Shown: piece by piece, positions 25,920-39,888 of the stretch
Layout of the letters: the number at the start of each line of letters is the position of its first letter
How positions within the stretch are numbered: position 1 is the stretch's first letter
Assembly: GCA_002189035.1 (NCBI GenBank)
Contig: CM007989.1
Location: 4,836,001-4,900,000 of the forward strand
Direction: 5' to 3'
DNA from: Utricularia gibba
Taxonomy: Eukaryota > Plantae > Magnoliophyta
DNA: 64,000 bases
Made by a program: the position numbers and the translations under genes
The notes under the pieces: generated by a model
Seen by the model: the letters and a program-made list of their open reading frames with translations, nothing else
Told to the model about the DNA's origin: nothing
Databases searched by the model: none

Positions 25920-28900
25920 AGAATGGTAGAGAGGTCAAGCCGTTTACTGGTTTCCTTGGTATACTTGCATGGTATTGGCATACTCTGCATTTCTTCATCA
26001 TTTTGGTAATATCCCGCTTCATCATTGGCCAATAATATCCGGTTCTCAAAACTTTCCTACATAAGGATCGTATCCCAACATGGCTGCCGCATTCCCCTTC
26101 ATGCAGATCGGTGATAAGTTCTTGAGAGTGCCTTGTCCCGATGCACCTCAATAGGGGTCCATCTATCGATCTTCGGTAGAGAATTCCGTTCACCAGTGTA
26201 TATCTAGTGAGAGTGCCTTTTTCCCCGTTTTGCAGGTATCGGATGTAGGGCGATGTCCAATCTTCAAGGGGGCTCAGCTGCGGAGAGATGTCATTTTCCA
26301 ATCGTTGGGTAATATGATTCACTGTCTGCGAAGTTACCGAAGGCTGATCCCGTAACCGGATCGTCACGCTCCCCTCCTTTAATTCCGGAAAACCCGCTGC
26401 AAATCTGGCGAGGCTGTCCGCAGATCAAATTTGACGTGCGACATGTGACAAGGTGTACTCTTTGAAGGTCTTTGCTAACTCCTTTACCTTAGTACAGTAT
26501 AGAGCCATCATGGGATCATGGGTTTCATATTCACCCGAATACTGTCCTTGTACTAGCCGTGAGTCCGTATAAGCGTCGAGCTCTACAACACCAAGCTCCT
26601 TGGCAATTTTCATCCCTTCAACCAAGGCCTCATATTCGGCTACATTGTTGGAGGCAGGGAATACTTCACCGTGATGTAGATATGTTTTTTGTCCCAAGTT
26701 CGGATATCGATTCCTCCACCGGCCCGGTTGTATGTGGAGCTGTCGATGTACATTGTCCATCGGTCGTTGCTTTCTACGAAACGGTCAATAGGTCTGGTCA
26801 TTTCGACCACGAAATTGGCAAGAGGTTGGGGCTTGATTGCTGTTCTCGACTTAAACTCAATATCCATCGTACTCAATTCGACCGCCCATTTGGCAACCCT
26901 TTCAAAAATCTCTGGTCGAGACAGGATATTCTTCAGAGGTTGATTTATGAACACCACGATGTGCCGATCTTGGAAATATGACATCAACTTGGTGACCGCC
27001 ATCTTTAGTGCCAAGATGAATTTTTCTGTCACCGTGTACCGGGTTTCAGCCGGTAGTAGGACCCTCCTCACATAATACACCGGCAAGTGTTTATCTTCCG
27101 AGATGGTCGTCAAGACTGCGCTGACTACAACGGGCGATATCGACATATAAAGTTCCAGAGGCTCCCCTGCCTTCGGAGCCACAAGAAGCGGGGGTGATGA
27201 GAGACATTCCTTGAGTTTTTCGAAGCCAATCCGGCAATCTTCGCTCCATTCTAAAGCATTTCCCTTTCGCAGGACCTTGAAGAAAGATGCCGACTTATCG
27301 GCTGACCGAGATATGAAACGGCTGAGGGCAGCCAATTTACCCGTGAGACTTTGGTACTCCTTGACTGTCCGTGGGGTTGCATTTCGCATATAGCTTTAAT
27401 CTTCTCGGGATCGGCTTCGATTCCTCTCTCCGATACATAATGCCCAAGGAATTTTCCACTTTGTACCCCGAAGCAACATTTCAGTGGGTTGAGTTTTAAC
27501 CCATACGACCGACATAAAGAGAAATAGGAGTCCAAATACGCTAAATGGTCCTCTTCATTCATAGATTTCACGATCATATCGTCAACATACACTTCCATCG
27601 AGGTACATAGCAACAACCTCTGATAAGTTGCTCCAGCATTCTTCAAACCGAAGGGCATCACTACATAGCACCAAACCCCATCCTTGGTATAGAAGGTGGT
27701 TTTCGGTTGGTCCTTCTCGGCAACGAAGATTTGATGATATCCCGAATAGGCATCCATGGTGCTCAGGAATCAGGATCCAGCAATAGCGTCCACCAGCTTA
27801 TCAATCTTTGGCAAGGGGTAAGGATCCCTTTCGCAACAGGCATTGAGGTCGGTGAAATCGACGCACATCCTCCATTTTCCCCCGGGCTTTGGGATGACAA
27901 TTGGGATGGCTACCCACTCGGAGTACTGGATCTCCTTTACGTATCCAGCTTCGCGGAGCTCCCTCGTTTTTTCTTTGATAATTCGGCACTTCTCCTCGGA
28001 GAAATGCCGTTGCTTCTGTCGAATTGGTTTTGCCCCCGGTTAGGTATCAATATGATGCTCAGCAACGAATCGATCAATGCCTACAAAGTCTACAGCAATC
28101 CAGGAAAAAATATCGGCATTCCTTATCAAAAGCTCAGCTAACCTTTTCTCGAATTCGGTGTCCAGGTTAGCACCAATGCGGGTTGCCTTATGCGCATCTC
28201 CTAGTTGCACCCACTTGTACCCCACCGGTTTCATTGCTTGTATGGGAGGTTCCCATGGTTCCTTGCCCACCATCATCACTCTCGGCTTTTTCGCATAGGG
28301 ATCCCGACAGAAAGATACATAGCAAGACCGGGCAGCTGGTTGGTCGATATCCAACGTGCAGATGCCCCTTGGTGTTGGAAATTTAATTTTCAGATGCACA
28401 GTTGAGGGTAGCATACTGAGTTGATTGATGTCTTGATCCCTATCGTGGCTCGGGACTCTGCCAGCTCGTGGAGCTCCCTCTGCTACTTTTGATGGGAACT
28501 TCGGATATCAATTGCCTTCGTTCCAGGTCCGGTCGTTACGTCCTCTTTTCCGGTCCATCATCGGTGCAGGGTTCCGCACCGCATTGTTTATTCCCCTACC
28601 AGCATGATATTGCTCGATCATCCTCTTCATTACTCGGCAGTTGGCAGTATCATGCCCGGTGGTCCTGTGTATCTCGCAGTAGGCATCTGTTCTAGTGGGT
28701 TCCACTTGATATACCTCACTGCGCTTATTCGGCCTGGGGCCCCGTATAGGTTGGGTCTCTTGCTGTGGGACCGGATGAATCTCCACGCGGTTTTTCATCT
28801 CGGCCCTGAGGTTGTCGTCAACCTGGATGTATTTCATAATTTTCCTTAGCAATTCTCCGAGATTCTTTTGTGGGGACTTTGATAGACTCTTTCCCAGTTT

Positions 28901-29272
28901 CGACATTCCTAAGGCCCGCTTCATTATTTCCACCCTTTCTTTTAAATCCAACTGGACATCTTGTGCCAGGTAGTTGAATCGGTCGATGAATCTTCGTAAG
29001 CTCTCCTTCCTGTGATCGTATCGAATAGAATATAAGGCTGCCTTTGAAGGCGGGGCTTCGATGTTGACAGCATATCGGGTAGTAAAGAGTAACACCAACT
29101 CTCGATAGGATGCCACACTACATGGTTCTAATTGTTTAAACCAAGTTTTCGCTCCCTTTTGGAGTGAGCAAGTGAACAGCTTACATTTCATGGCTTCCGA
29201 ATGTCGAACTGTGGACATCCTCATATTGAAGTCGGTTACATGTGATATGGGGTCCCCCATTCCGTCATACAT
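25920..29272 (-). pseudogene. Tat gag-pol remnant (gag, RT, RNase H, second RNase H, N-terminal integrase); protease and most of integrase deleted
   Basis: Gag YDGMGDPISHV...KTWF. RT DAYSGYHQI and YVDDMIV. RH YYVRRVLLPAETRY. Second RH SNNVAEYEAL...TDSRLV. Integrase LHEGECGSH...CRVC...WGVDVMG then breaks off. Multiple frameshifts. Confidence 0.9.
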
Positions 29273-31399
29273 GGGTAGTCCGTCCGGGACTTTGAATCCC
29301 CTCTCGGGTTCTTCCCCGATTAAGTCATCCGAGAAAGGGTCATAGCGCAGCTTTGTGGTTCCAACTGCTCCTTCAACTCCGCTCTTTAGGGCCAGATCAA
29401 TATCGACCAGAACATCCCCTCTCCCAATGCATACATTCTGATCGAAAACGTAATTCGACCGCTTTTCAGATTGTGCGATACGGCCATATTTGTCAGATTT
29501 CTGACAGATATCGGTCTGTCGTCTGGCATTATCCTTTCAATATCTCTTTTGGCAGCCTTTTAGGAGCCAATTACGCTCTATTGATTTATCCCCCATCACT
29601 ATACTTTTTAATCTTTTGGTTTAAATTCTATTGTTGTGTTGCATACTTGGAAAAATATATCCATTTTCCTAGTTTTAAATTTTTTCAAACTTGTCTTAAC
29701 TTTTTCTATGTACTATTATGCCTTGAATCTAGCTATCATTATATATAGTTTACTTTTTGTTGTTGCTAAATGATTTATTAAAAAAAATTTCCCATTTTCC
29801 TTGTGCACTTGCCCAATTGATATTTTGTTTCCACCTCATATTTCATAACATGTGTTTTGTATTTTATGTTGTAAATCGAAATATTGCTGCAATATTACTA
29901 TTTAGAATATGGAAAAAAATAATGTCAACTAAATCAGTCCACTTTTTGAAAAGAAAATAAAACAAAAATAAGTTTGAAATTGTTAAAAGCCATACTAAAA
30001 TCAAAGATTTTTTCTAGTAAATAAATCCTTATATAATATAAAATTTCTAACATAATATATATCATAATACGTCTAAATGGTAAAATAAAGACAATTGATT
30101 CTTTAATTCATCTAGTGACATATTACTTTTAAAATTTTATCATTATAACTAAAGATTGATCATACGTTTGATATGTGATGTAATAGTTTTTGATATTTCT
30201 ATTGAATAAAATGTTTATCATGATGAAAGAAATCTATATGTTATACTAAATTAGTTACACTTTCAAAATGACAACAGTAGTTTTGATCAAATGAATGTAA
30301 AGATGGAGAAATTCATGCTAATGATGAAAGAATATTTAAAGTTAAAGGAAATGAAGAAAAGAACAATTAAAACACAAGACTATGATTTTTTTTTCACAAC
30401 TTGTATATTTTTAAAATTTTTGAATAAATATTTGAAATTTTTTTTTGATGGATGAAATATATTTACTGCATATGCAATGTTTTATGTTATATTAAAAATG
30501 AAATCTAAATATAAATTAACGATATTCAATATATTTTTCTAAATTATATTTTTGAATATTATATATATGGCATGGTATTGCAATATTATTTTAATATTAT
30601 ATTTGAACCAATTTTATGCCTTTGAAAAATTGTATCATGTAAATTAAACTCACACATTTTTATCAAATACAATATAAGAAATTCTAATTATTTTTAATTT
30701 TATTGTTAATAATTTAAATACAAGGTTTATTTTTCTCACATATGAGTGATAACTGATAAGATGGGTAATTGTCTAAAATATACAGCATTAATCTATAAAT
30801 AAAAAAATAACTTATTTCCCTAATTAAAAGTAAAAATGATATTCTGAGGATTTTTTTTTTAATTGGAGACTAAAAATAAAAAAATATACGTTCATGATAT
30901 TCTGTCCGATGAAAAATTATTAATAGCTGTCTATTTTTATTGTCCGATTTACTAAACAGACATACCTATCTTGAAATATTTAATATATTTATCATGATTC
31001 TTACAAATACACATGGCTATTTGTATATTTATTCTTGATATTTATCACGAACGACAAATTTACATTCAAGATATTTAGACAATATTATTAATTTGAAATA
31101 TCTAGGAAATATGGCATAGAGCATTCAGTGGCCAGCACGACAAAAATCCTCTATACTCTTCCATTGTGTGTTTCCTAGCAGCACCACAACATATACAAGC
31201 AACAAGTAGACTTTATTCCTTCCTGTTCAACAAGAAACACACGAGCGCAGATACTGTGATACAGCGACCACAAAACGCCCGCATCCGCATCGGCGAAGCG
31301 AGCTTCTGCGGACTACCGGTCAACACTGATCGTAAGACCGAAGCAAACGTCAGGGACGGGACTTACATTTACATACATACAACACGGAAGAAGCCTAAG

Positions 31400-33700
31400 T
31401 TAAGCTGCATTCTGGGATGGGATTCTTGTGATGGGATCAGACGCATCAACCTCATATGAAGAGAGTAGGCGCCTCTGAAAAAGGTCATCGGCAAATATTG
31501 AGATGCGATGGATGGGAGGTGGAATATTGGGATAAACGAGCAAAGATGAACACTAGCATACAAATCTATGCCATGCTAAAGCAATACTCACATGATGTTC
31601 AAATTCCGGACTGGCCAAGTTGAATGAAAGATTTCTCATCAACAACAGCACCTGTAGGGTTCAACAGAACACACTGGCTGAAAGGTATATGATGAAATTT
31701 AATAGACATTTGCATTCAAAATACGCTAGAGATTTGAAAACAAGAAGGATGATTTCCTAGAGTTTACAGTTCCATGGTGAAAAGAAACATAAAGCCATGT
31801 TTAGCCAGCTGTGGAAAATTTCACACCAGCTCATATCAATGTACACTATTCGCAGTTATGCTTATTATTGAAATATAATTGATCTAGATGTATTCATACC
31901 GTTTCAATGTCAATCGCGTCCATCTTCTTCAACTTTTGTAAATGCCCACTTGTGTTTGGATCAAAGATGGAGCCTATGAAACTGTATACTTGGCCGAAAT
32001 CTGGAAGAACTGTTTTCACGAAAACAAAAGCAAGATTACCAAGGCATGATTGACTGAAAAACGAAATCCACCAGAAAAATGAAGATACTAAAATGGCCAG
32101 ACGACCACATTGCGAAATTGGAGATCAAGTCAAGGAAATGCAGTAGGTATCAAAAATTAAAAATGATCTTCCTAGTGGCACATGCTAGATCACCTGCAGT
32201 CTTTGTTCTTGGGGTGCTTTCAATGCTTCCAGATGAGTAAACATTAAGCAATGGCTGGCCAACATATCCGCTTTCACCTGGAATAAAGCACTCTTTTTGT
32301 ACAGTTCTTCTGGTAATAAAGAAACTGCCAAGTATTGTCAATCTGCCTATAACAATTTTTGTGTGAAAATAGAAACCTTTAACCGGTTTTCCCGTCCAGC
32401 TTGATGCGGTTAAAGCAGCCTCAGGATGTAGATGCGCAGCAGACGAATCAGGTCTCCATAAGGATCTGGGGTCAGGTACACTGGTGGATGTTTGGGCTGA
32501 TGGTACTTCTGAAGTCACATAGGCATAAAGCAGGCTAAGAGAAGATACTACAAAACAATAAATTTTACATTCAATAGTCACAGTTTGCTTAGATACCGAT
32601 TTTAGTAGCCTTCTGAGGATATGGATGTGCTGCTTTCCGTTTAGGCCGAGGTGGAGGGAGATGCTCATGTGTTCCACTCTTCTGAACTTTAAGAAAATAC
32701 TTTTGAGCATGGCTGCGTATCTGCAAAAGTATAAAATCCTCATAAAAAGGACACTAAAGCAGAAATGAGGGAGTCAAAATGTAAATTGAAGGGCACTACT
32801 TACCTGAATTACTGTTTTTGATCCAATAAACGCTTCTATCTTCTTCCAATCCCGTTCAAAACTTTAGTTCGGAAGAAACACATCAGAAACAAATGAGAGT
32901 TTCAGAAAACTACAAGATGATTCTTCGTCCACACAAGCACTATTCCATTTTACACTATAAGCCTTACATACACCAAGAATTCAGCCAGAAATCAAACCCT
33001 ATTATGGACTTAACACACCAAGTTTACAAGCCATCAGGAAATCTTTTCAGGAGATAACCACAATACCGCTAGCATAACATGAAAAAATTCCTATAAGAGG
33101 ATCATAGATCAGTCATTCAGCAGAAACCTCGCTTGCTTTGCATTGACATAAAAGACCTAAGCTATTCCAGAATACGTAGCGGGTAACAAATCTTCGTCAA
33201 GGCATAGTTCAAACACCCACCATTGCCTCACAAAAAACAGCCAAACAAGAGCCCAAAGAATCTGCTTGAAGCATTTTTTTTAAAAAAATTACACCCTGAA
33301 TAGAGAGTACTCTGAATCTAATTCTTTAAAATTGAACCGAATTAGACCCATAGCGATAATCACCCACGTAACCCAGCTCAAAAACGGAAGAGAGTAAAAC
33401 TGAACCCCTAACATCATGCAGCACAATAGCCCCCAAAATTCAAAGAGCCAAAGAAACCAATCAAATTGAAACTCACAGCTGAAGCGCTTCAACAAACTTG
33501 TCGTGCTCAGGCTCTGTCCAGCTCTCGCGCGACTTAGTAATGGTGTAGGGCTTCCGCACCTTCTTGCTGGGGTCTTCGAGCGCGGCGTCCTTACTACTCC
33601 CAGGTACCGGAGAAGACAGTGAATCTAACTCCGGCAAAGCCATTCCTGACGGATCCAGGTGGAAGATAGCCTCAGGTGGATTCGAGTTCAGCGACACCAT
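31400..33700 (-). CDS. RVE6-like: REVEILLE/LCL single-MYB circadian transcription factor (RVE4/6/8 clade), about 8 exons: 33700-33477, 32861-32804, 32720-32597, 32508(or 32547)-32377, 32277-about 32194, 32009-31900, 31651-31592, 31474-31400
   Basis: [79 protein letters not shown] and the LCL domain [18 protein letters not shown]...[18 protein letters not shown]. The exon 5 donor is uncertain. Confidence 0.9.
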
Positions 33701-33833
33701 ACGACGCGAAAAGGGGGGATGGATGCGTACGCCTCTTGCCCCAAACTAAAGTCAAATAGGCAGCACCCGCAACTGGCAATCGAATTAGCGAAAAGGAAAA
33801 TACCATGAATTATTCGGACCGCCACCTTACATT

Positions 33834-33992
33834 ATATATATGAAAAAAATATTCAATTTCATAAATAGTCCTGAATGACTGAGCTTCCCCGGGCCAAATA
33901 TGTGCTGGGCCGCCATATTGGGTTCGGATTTGAGACCCAGTCACGTCCAAATCGGCCACGATCCATGCATACATGGCCCGGCCCACAAACTA
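33834..33992 (-). promoter_or_regulatory. RVE proximal promoter: TATA-like box and site II (TGGGCC) motifs
   Basis: TATATATA near 33835-33842. TGGGCC/GGCCCA motifs near 33906 and 33982. Confidence 0.35.
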
Positions 33993-34688
33993 AACATCCT
34001 TTTTTCGACCCACAACCAAAACCGCAGAAAAGAAATCTCAATATTATTTTTATATTTTTTTTTAAAAAAAAAGAATGCAAAAAAGCACCCAAGGCCTTGT
34101 TGCCGTATCTTACTCTATACTATTTAGAAAGGGTAGAGTAGAAGCAACGAAGGGGGAACTATAAAACGTCAACTATTAGTGATTCAAGTTTTAGAAAAGT
34201 AACAATCCTGTCTCCTATCCATTTGAAAACTAACCATCAATTTTTTTTTATTTGAAAACTAACCATCTCTTTTAATTTATTAAACATTAATCATTATATA
34301 TATATATTTTCAAATTAATAAATACCAATCCATCTGTTTTTTTTTAAATTTCTAGTTATATATATAAATAATAAAATGCATTTAATTTTAAGTTTTAAAA
34401 TATAAATTATTATATTTTTAATATTTACTCAATGTTCAATACATTTATAAGAAATAAATTTATTTTATACAAAAAAATAAAAAAAAATTTATTTATTATT
34501 TAGTAGAATCTAAGAAATAATATTCATTTATCATAATTATTAAATATATAAGTGTATTTATGACTTTAATTAACAAAAATCTTGTTTGATAAAATTAATC
34601 TTAGGGATCTTCTTTTGATTTATAATTTTTATAACAATTGTCTTTTATAACACCAATTAATATTTAATTTAATACCTATATGGGATTT

Positions 34689-35607
34689 TGTTAGCGATGA
34701 GATCATATCTCAAGTAATTGCATTAAAGCCTAACAGTAAGTCCTAGGCCCAGGGTAATGACACTCGAATTGTTTGAGTAGGTCATTGAGTGTTAGTGCTT
34801 GAATGCAATTATAAGTTCGATACATTAGAAAGACACACACCCATGTTCTAATATCGAATGAGATATAAGTATGATGAAAGCTATTCACTGCATGGTGGCT
34901 GGTCATGGAAAGGCTCAATCAGTTCACCTGATTATTCTTACATCTTGGGGATCATGATATGTTGCTAGACATCACTCATGATCGATAATGATGGATTTGA
35001 TTAATTAAGAGTTAATTAATAAATCCATTATTACGGCATTGATTGAAGAAGCCTATAGGGTCACACACAATAGTGGAGTCACTCAACAATATAAAATAAA
35101 ATGACACAATTACATGAGATGTAATTGGTAAAGTGGATAAATTAAATTGAGAGTTATTTTGAGATTAATTAAACTCAAAATAAAAGATCATATATAGATA
35201 AGATTTGGAACATTATACATATCTCCACAAGATAAGATCTTTACGGAGATATGATTTGATATGTTACCATATATCTATCAAAAAAAAGATTTAGATCTTG
35301 AGATCTGTTCCAATGGTCTTCGTGCTCTCTGAGACTAATCCACAAGGGGGCGTTTTTCTCTACTAGCACCTGAGGAATTCGACTAGCATTCAAGAGCCTT
35401 GAGAAGGTTATCGTCGGAGTGCTCCACGTGTGGATACCATAGAGGCCGTCTCCTATTGGCGGTTGGTGAACAACGGAGTCATCTGAAAGGTATTTCAGCA
35501 TCCCTTAGTCTGATGTATACCGTATTCCAAGATCTGCATTGGGGGTTTCTCAAAATTTTAAAATTCCGCTGCATTTGAGACATACGATGTCTACGAGAAA
35601 CCCAACA
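34689..35607 (+). mobile_element. LTR fragment, probably Ty1/Copia (Angela-like)
   Basis: Ends ...AAAATTCCGCTGC...GAAACCCAACA, resembling Angela-type U5 ends as recalled. The 5' boundary and TSD were not found. Confidence 0.45.
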
Positions 35608-35608
35608 C

Positions 35609-36167
35609 TTGATTTATAGGTAGATCAACAAATCAAGGCGAGAGCAGTAGGTATTAGTCTAGGGTAGAACTATTAGAATCGGATAGACCTAGTTCTATGC
35701 ACTTCGCATGTGGGTAGACCTAATTACAATGTTGGTAATGATATTGGGGACTAGCTTAGCTGAAAATATGATGAATGACTTGGGTAGACTTAAGTTGTTT
35801 AGAGTTGTGAGTATATAAACATGATAAATTAAACTAGGCATCTTAGTACCAAATCACCTGCAGACCTTTAAAACATCTTAATATTACTTTGAGTTGGAAC
35901 CAGTACTTGTTATCATCAACGTTGAGACTTGATACTGTTTACTGAACTTGCTTACCATTGTTAGTTCAAATTTAAACTAAGACTCACTGTTATTCCGAAT
36001 TCTACATCTGTTGAAACACTTAACAAGCACAAACTTCTTATGATCGATCTCGAATTCCACTATAAATTTTGTGTTTAATTTGTATTTTTTGAGAATTAAG
36101 GCTTATAAATTTATTTGATATGAAATTCTATTTTTATTACAATGATATTAGGAATTTCCATTTATCA
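35609..36167 (+). mobile_element. 3' half of a family B LTR
   Basis: Homologous to 11625-12085 and 13990-14548 (ggtagatcaacaaatcaaggcgagagcag...tttatca). Confidence 0.8.
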
Positions 36168-37813
36168 TCAAAGCATTTGATTCCCAAGTTGTCAACATGC
36201 CATTGGTGTACACCCAGGTAGGTCTTCTATGTAGAGAGACACGTGTATGCTAAGACACACTACATTTTAGATTGGAGGCTTGTGTACGTGTATGCTCCCC
36301 CTGCACATTGTACATGGAGTTGGGATTTACGCTTCTCCCATGTTCTGTGCACAACTCAACATGAAGTGGAATTCTGTCTATTTTGACAAGCTGCTAGCCT
36401 GCTTCCGAGCAATAAATCTTATCTCTAACCTGTACATTCGAGTATTATGAGATGAATTTAATCACATAAAATTATTAAAATATCTTTCCAAATCATGTAC
36501 ATATGTGGAGTTGCTGAATTATATAATATCTTTTAAAATATATTAAAAGATTACCCTTTGACTACATGCACTCGCCGATTAGAACATGCTGCTGCTAAGT
36601 TCTTATGCCGATAAGATGGATTTAATCCACTTCTACAACACACACAGCACAAAAAACACAAATAACATCAGAAAATCACGTTCAAAATCTAATTCGATCA
36701 ATAATGATATCAAGATCACGGTAAAAAAATGTGTGTTATCTACTACCATTGGTTACATATACTAGAGATGTATATCACCATCATAAAGGTTAGATATTTG
36801 TCTTTTTTAATTTTATCATCTATATTTTTTTATTCTATAATTTATTTCTTCATTTTTTATTAATAGCTTTTCCTGATATACAGTATATTTTGTTGGATGA
36901 CAATATGGAGCAATCAGAGAAAGCATCCTCGATTTCTAAAGAAATGGCTGCTATGAATGAAGACAATACTGTGATAAAGTTTGAAAAGGCACACACATGT
37001 ACCACATTGTCAACTTAATATAACGATCTATTCCAAATCAATTATCTACCACCGCATCCACACTTTGAAACTCCACCAACCACCACTATATATTACCACT
37101 TCCAATCGTTAGGTAATTTTTAAATAAATAACATGAGCTTGACTGAATTATTGGAATTTATTGCATGCGTGTATTTCGTAAATTCCTTTTAGAAAAAAAT
37201 AAATAATTTTTAATATGCTTTTAAAGGAACAATTTCTTTTTTAATAAATATTTATTCACATACCCCAAGATTCATGTGGGATAAATTAATTTTTTTAAAC
37301 ACAATGATTGAATTTTTTAAAATTTTAAAATGAAATCTAAAAAACAACAAAGATAAGATTAGGAGTATTTTTTATTGCATGCATGACATGAAAGATCACC
37401 ACTATTTATTAAAATGACACGTTTGACTTCCATTATGTAATAAAAATGGCACACTTAATACTTATTCAAAAAATAGGTCGTCAATTTTCAGGTATTGGAC
37501 AATTAATTCTCAACTTGGGACATAATGGGTAGCCGGCATCGAGTGAAGTAAATTCAATTGGGGAAAAAAATAGGATTTCATATTGGGGACCAATTTTGCT
37601 ATAATTGCAAACATTGGAGATTATTTTTGTTCAATTTTGAAATATTATAAGATCAATTATACTACATGATTTTCAACTAATAGAGATGAAAATGTTGTTT
37701 TTGGGGACTAATTATATGGTGGGGAGTATGTATTCAATTATATCATTTTTTATTATAAAATTAATATAAAATATTGTATATAAATTAACAAATTGTTTAC
37801 CAATTTCTTTCAT

Positions 37814-38854
37814 ATGAAGCAGGTACAGTGATGGGTGAAAGGGAGGAAGCTTCTGTTAGTGGGCGTCCATATCAACTTCGCCGGCAACCTTGACTTGGCC
37901 AAATTTGTTTTGATTGGGTGTTCATAGGATAACCACTTAAGTGGATGCAGTTGTCGATGTACCCATCACTTCTGCTCATACTTGCACAACTGTTTTGCGC
38001 TCGCCCAGGGAGCTGCAGAGGCTATTTCAAGATGAGTGTGAGTTGGGCTTAACTTGGCTGCCTACTTCCTGTTCGACCACTTGTCACGCTGAATGTTTTT
38101 CTCGGTTGTTACTTTTTTCACAAGGCTTTCAAGTGTTGGATTTTGGAGGTTCTTTTTCTTTGGAAATTTCGGCTTTTTTTGGGCGTGGATTCCAGATTCT
38201 TGTTTGATTGTGGACATGTTGGTATATCTTGAGGATTCTCTTGATTTCCTTCTGGTTCTTACGGACACTGGTATTGAAAATTGGCTACGCCGATGAAAGA
38301 ACCAAGGTGAAGGCCCTGAAGGAAGTTGCACGCTTCCGAGGTACTGATCATAATTTCGAGAAACATCCTTGTTTTGTTTTGTTTTTGTTTTTTTTTTTTC
38401 GGATCCTCCTCTTGCTGGTCTCCGGTACCCGTTACTGAATTCTGAAGTTTGATAGCTCGCTGAATTTTACGACGAATGGGGCGAAATCTTTGTCCTTGTT
38501 ATTGAAACAGGGATTTCTTCAATTGCTCTTGATGAAGAGGAGAAAGAGGTGACCATCACTGGAGTCATGAATCCGATCGCGTTAACAGGGAGTGTGAAGG
38601 AGATCTGCGATGCGCACATAATCCGCTTCGGCCCACAGCAACCGGAGAAGAAGAACGGGAAGGAGAAGAAGATTAAACAAGTACAGTGGGGGTATCCCCT
38701 TTCCTCTCCATCTTACATTTCCTATACTCCACGGCTGCCACCGTCACCACCGCTGCCGTACGATTATACAGTGACGGCACTGCCACCGCCGCTGCCGTAC
38801 GATTATAAAGTGGTGGATGGTGAGCATTCAAATGATGGCTGCGTTATCATTTGA
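37814..38854 (+). pseudogene. Heavy-metal-associated isoprenylated plant protein (HIPP39-like clade); exon-2 acceptor mutated
   Basis: Exon 1 ATG AAG CAG|GT at 37814-37822. Exon 2 at 38265-38340 (TLVLKIGYADERTKVKALKEVARFR). Exon 3 at 38511-38854 (GISSIALDEEEKEVTITGVMNP...; Pro-rich tail with a 39-nt duplication) ends in the CaaX motif CVII*. The acceptor before 38265 reads TACGG instead of TACAG. Confidence 0.75.
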
Positions 38855-39888
38855 AAGGAATCTATCATAAGATGTAGCACTATAAAACAATAAACGCATG
38901 GTATGGTATGAATATTTCATTCTGCATCTTCTCCTAAAAAACTGCATTTCACTGCACATTGCACAAACTACTTATCATAATTCATAACACTATTACACCA
39001 TTATATTTTTTGTACATGTGTATTTTGTGTAATCCATTCAACCGTGTCTTTTAAAATTCATATGATTAAAAACTCATATCTCATATGAGTTTTATTAATT
39101 ATAACTTATTTTAGATCGATTATTCTAAATACATCAATTAAATAAAATATTATTTTAAATACATATTTATAAAATTTCGTATATCTAATATTTTTTTAAC
39201 TTTAATTATATTTATATAATACATATTTATTAAAATATAAATAATTTAAATATATAATTAAACTACCCTAAAACTAAAAATCATTATTTTGATTCTTACA
39301 ATTCTAAAATATATATATAAATCATTGAAATAATAAATAAAAATCGTATCTATATTATATGTTTTGGATTTTATTAAAAGAAATACAAAAAAAATAAAAA
39401 AAATAAAATTAAAACATGAGTTTTAAAATAAAAAAAAATAGATTTGGATCAAAAATCTAGTATGACACCTGTTAATCTACTCATGAAAAATCATTAGGTT
39501 TTAATGATTGTTGGTCTAATTAAGTAAAAACACCAGTTTTTTATGCATCAATTAAAATTGAAACGATTTTTATATATTTAATGATTTTATGTGAAAAACA
39601 AATTGATGCCAAAAGTGAAAAAAAAGAAGGTAAATTCAGCCTTGAATGAAATTCTCCTTGAGCTATGGTGCTTGATTAATTTATTGTCTTCAATCACTTA
39701 AAACAGCTATTAATTGATTGTAATTAAAAATCAAATTGCTTTTCTAACCACAATACATTAGGATCTCTTTGACACGTATTTTGATTTTAGAAAAATGTTT
39801 CAAAATTAATTCTATTATTAAATATGAGTAACTTAGGTTACAAAAGGAGCATAAATCTAGAATTAATTTTAATTTTTTTAAAAAATAA

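Larger units (their letters stand above)
23098..29598 (-). mobile_element. Internally deleted Ty3/gypsy Tat (Retand-like) LTR retrotransposon
   Basis: 3' LTR at 23098-23630 (TGATGGGGGA...CCCATAACA on -). PPT-like GAGGGGCTGAA at about 23631-23641. The 5' LTR is reduced to 29449-29598, with 13 mismatches in about 150 bp versus the 3' LTR. TSD CCATA/CTATA. Extra (archaeal-type) RNase H lies between RT/RH and integrase. Confidence 0.92.

Noticed and set aside
29600-31100. Very AT-rich tract and short ORFs downstream of RVE
   Set aside because: Ordinary intergenic DNA with no structure found.
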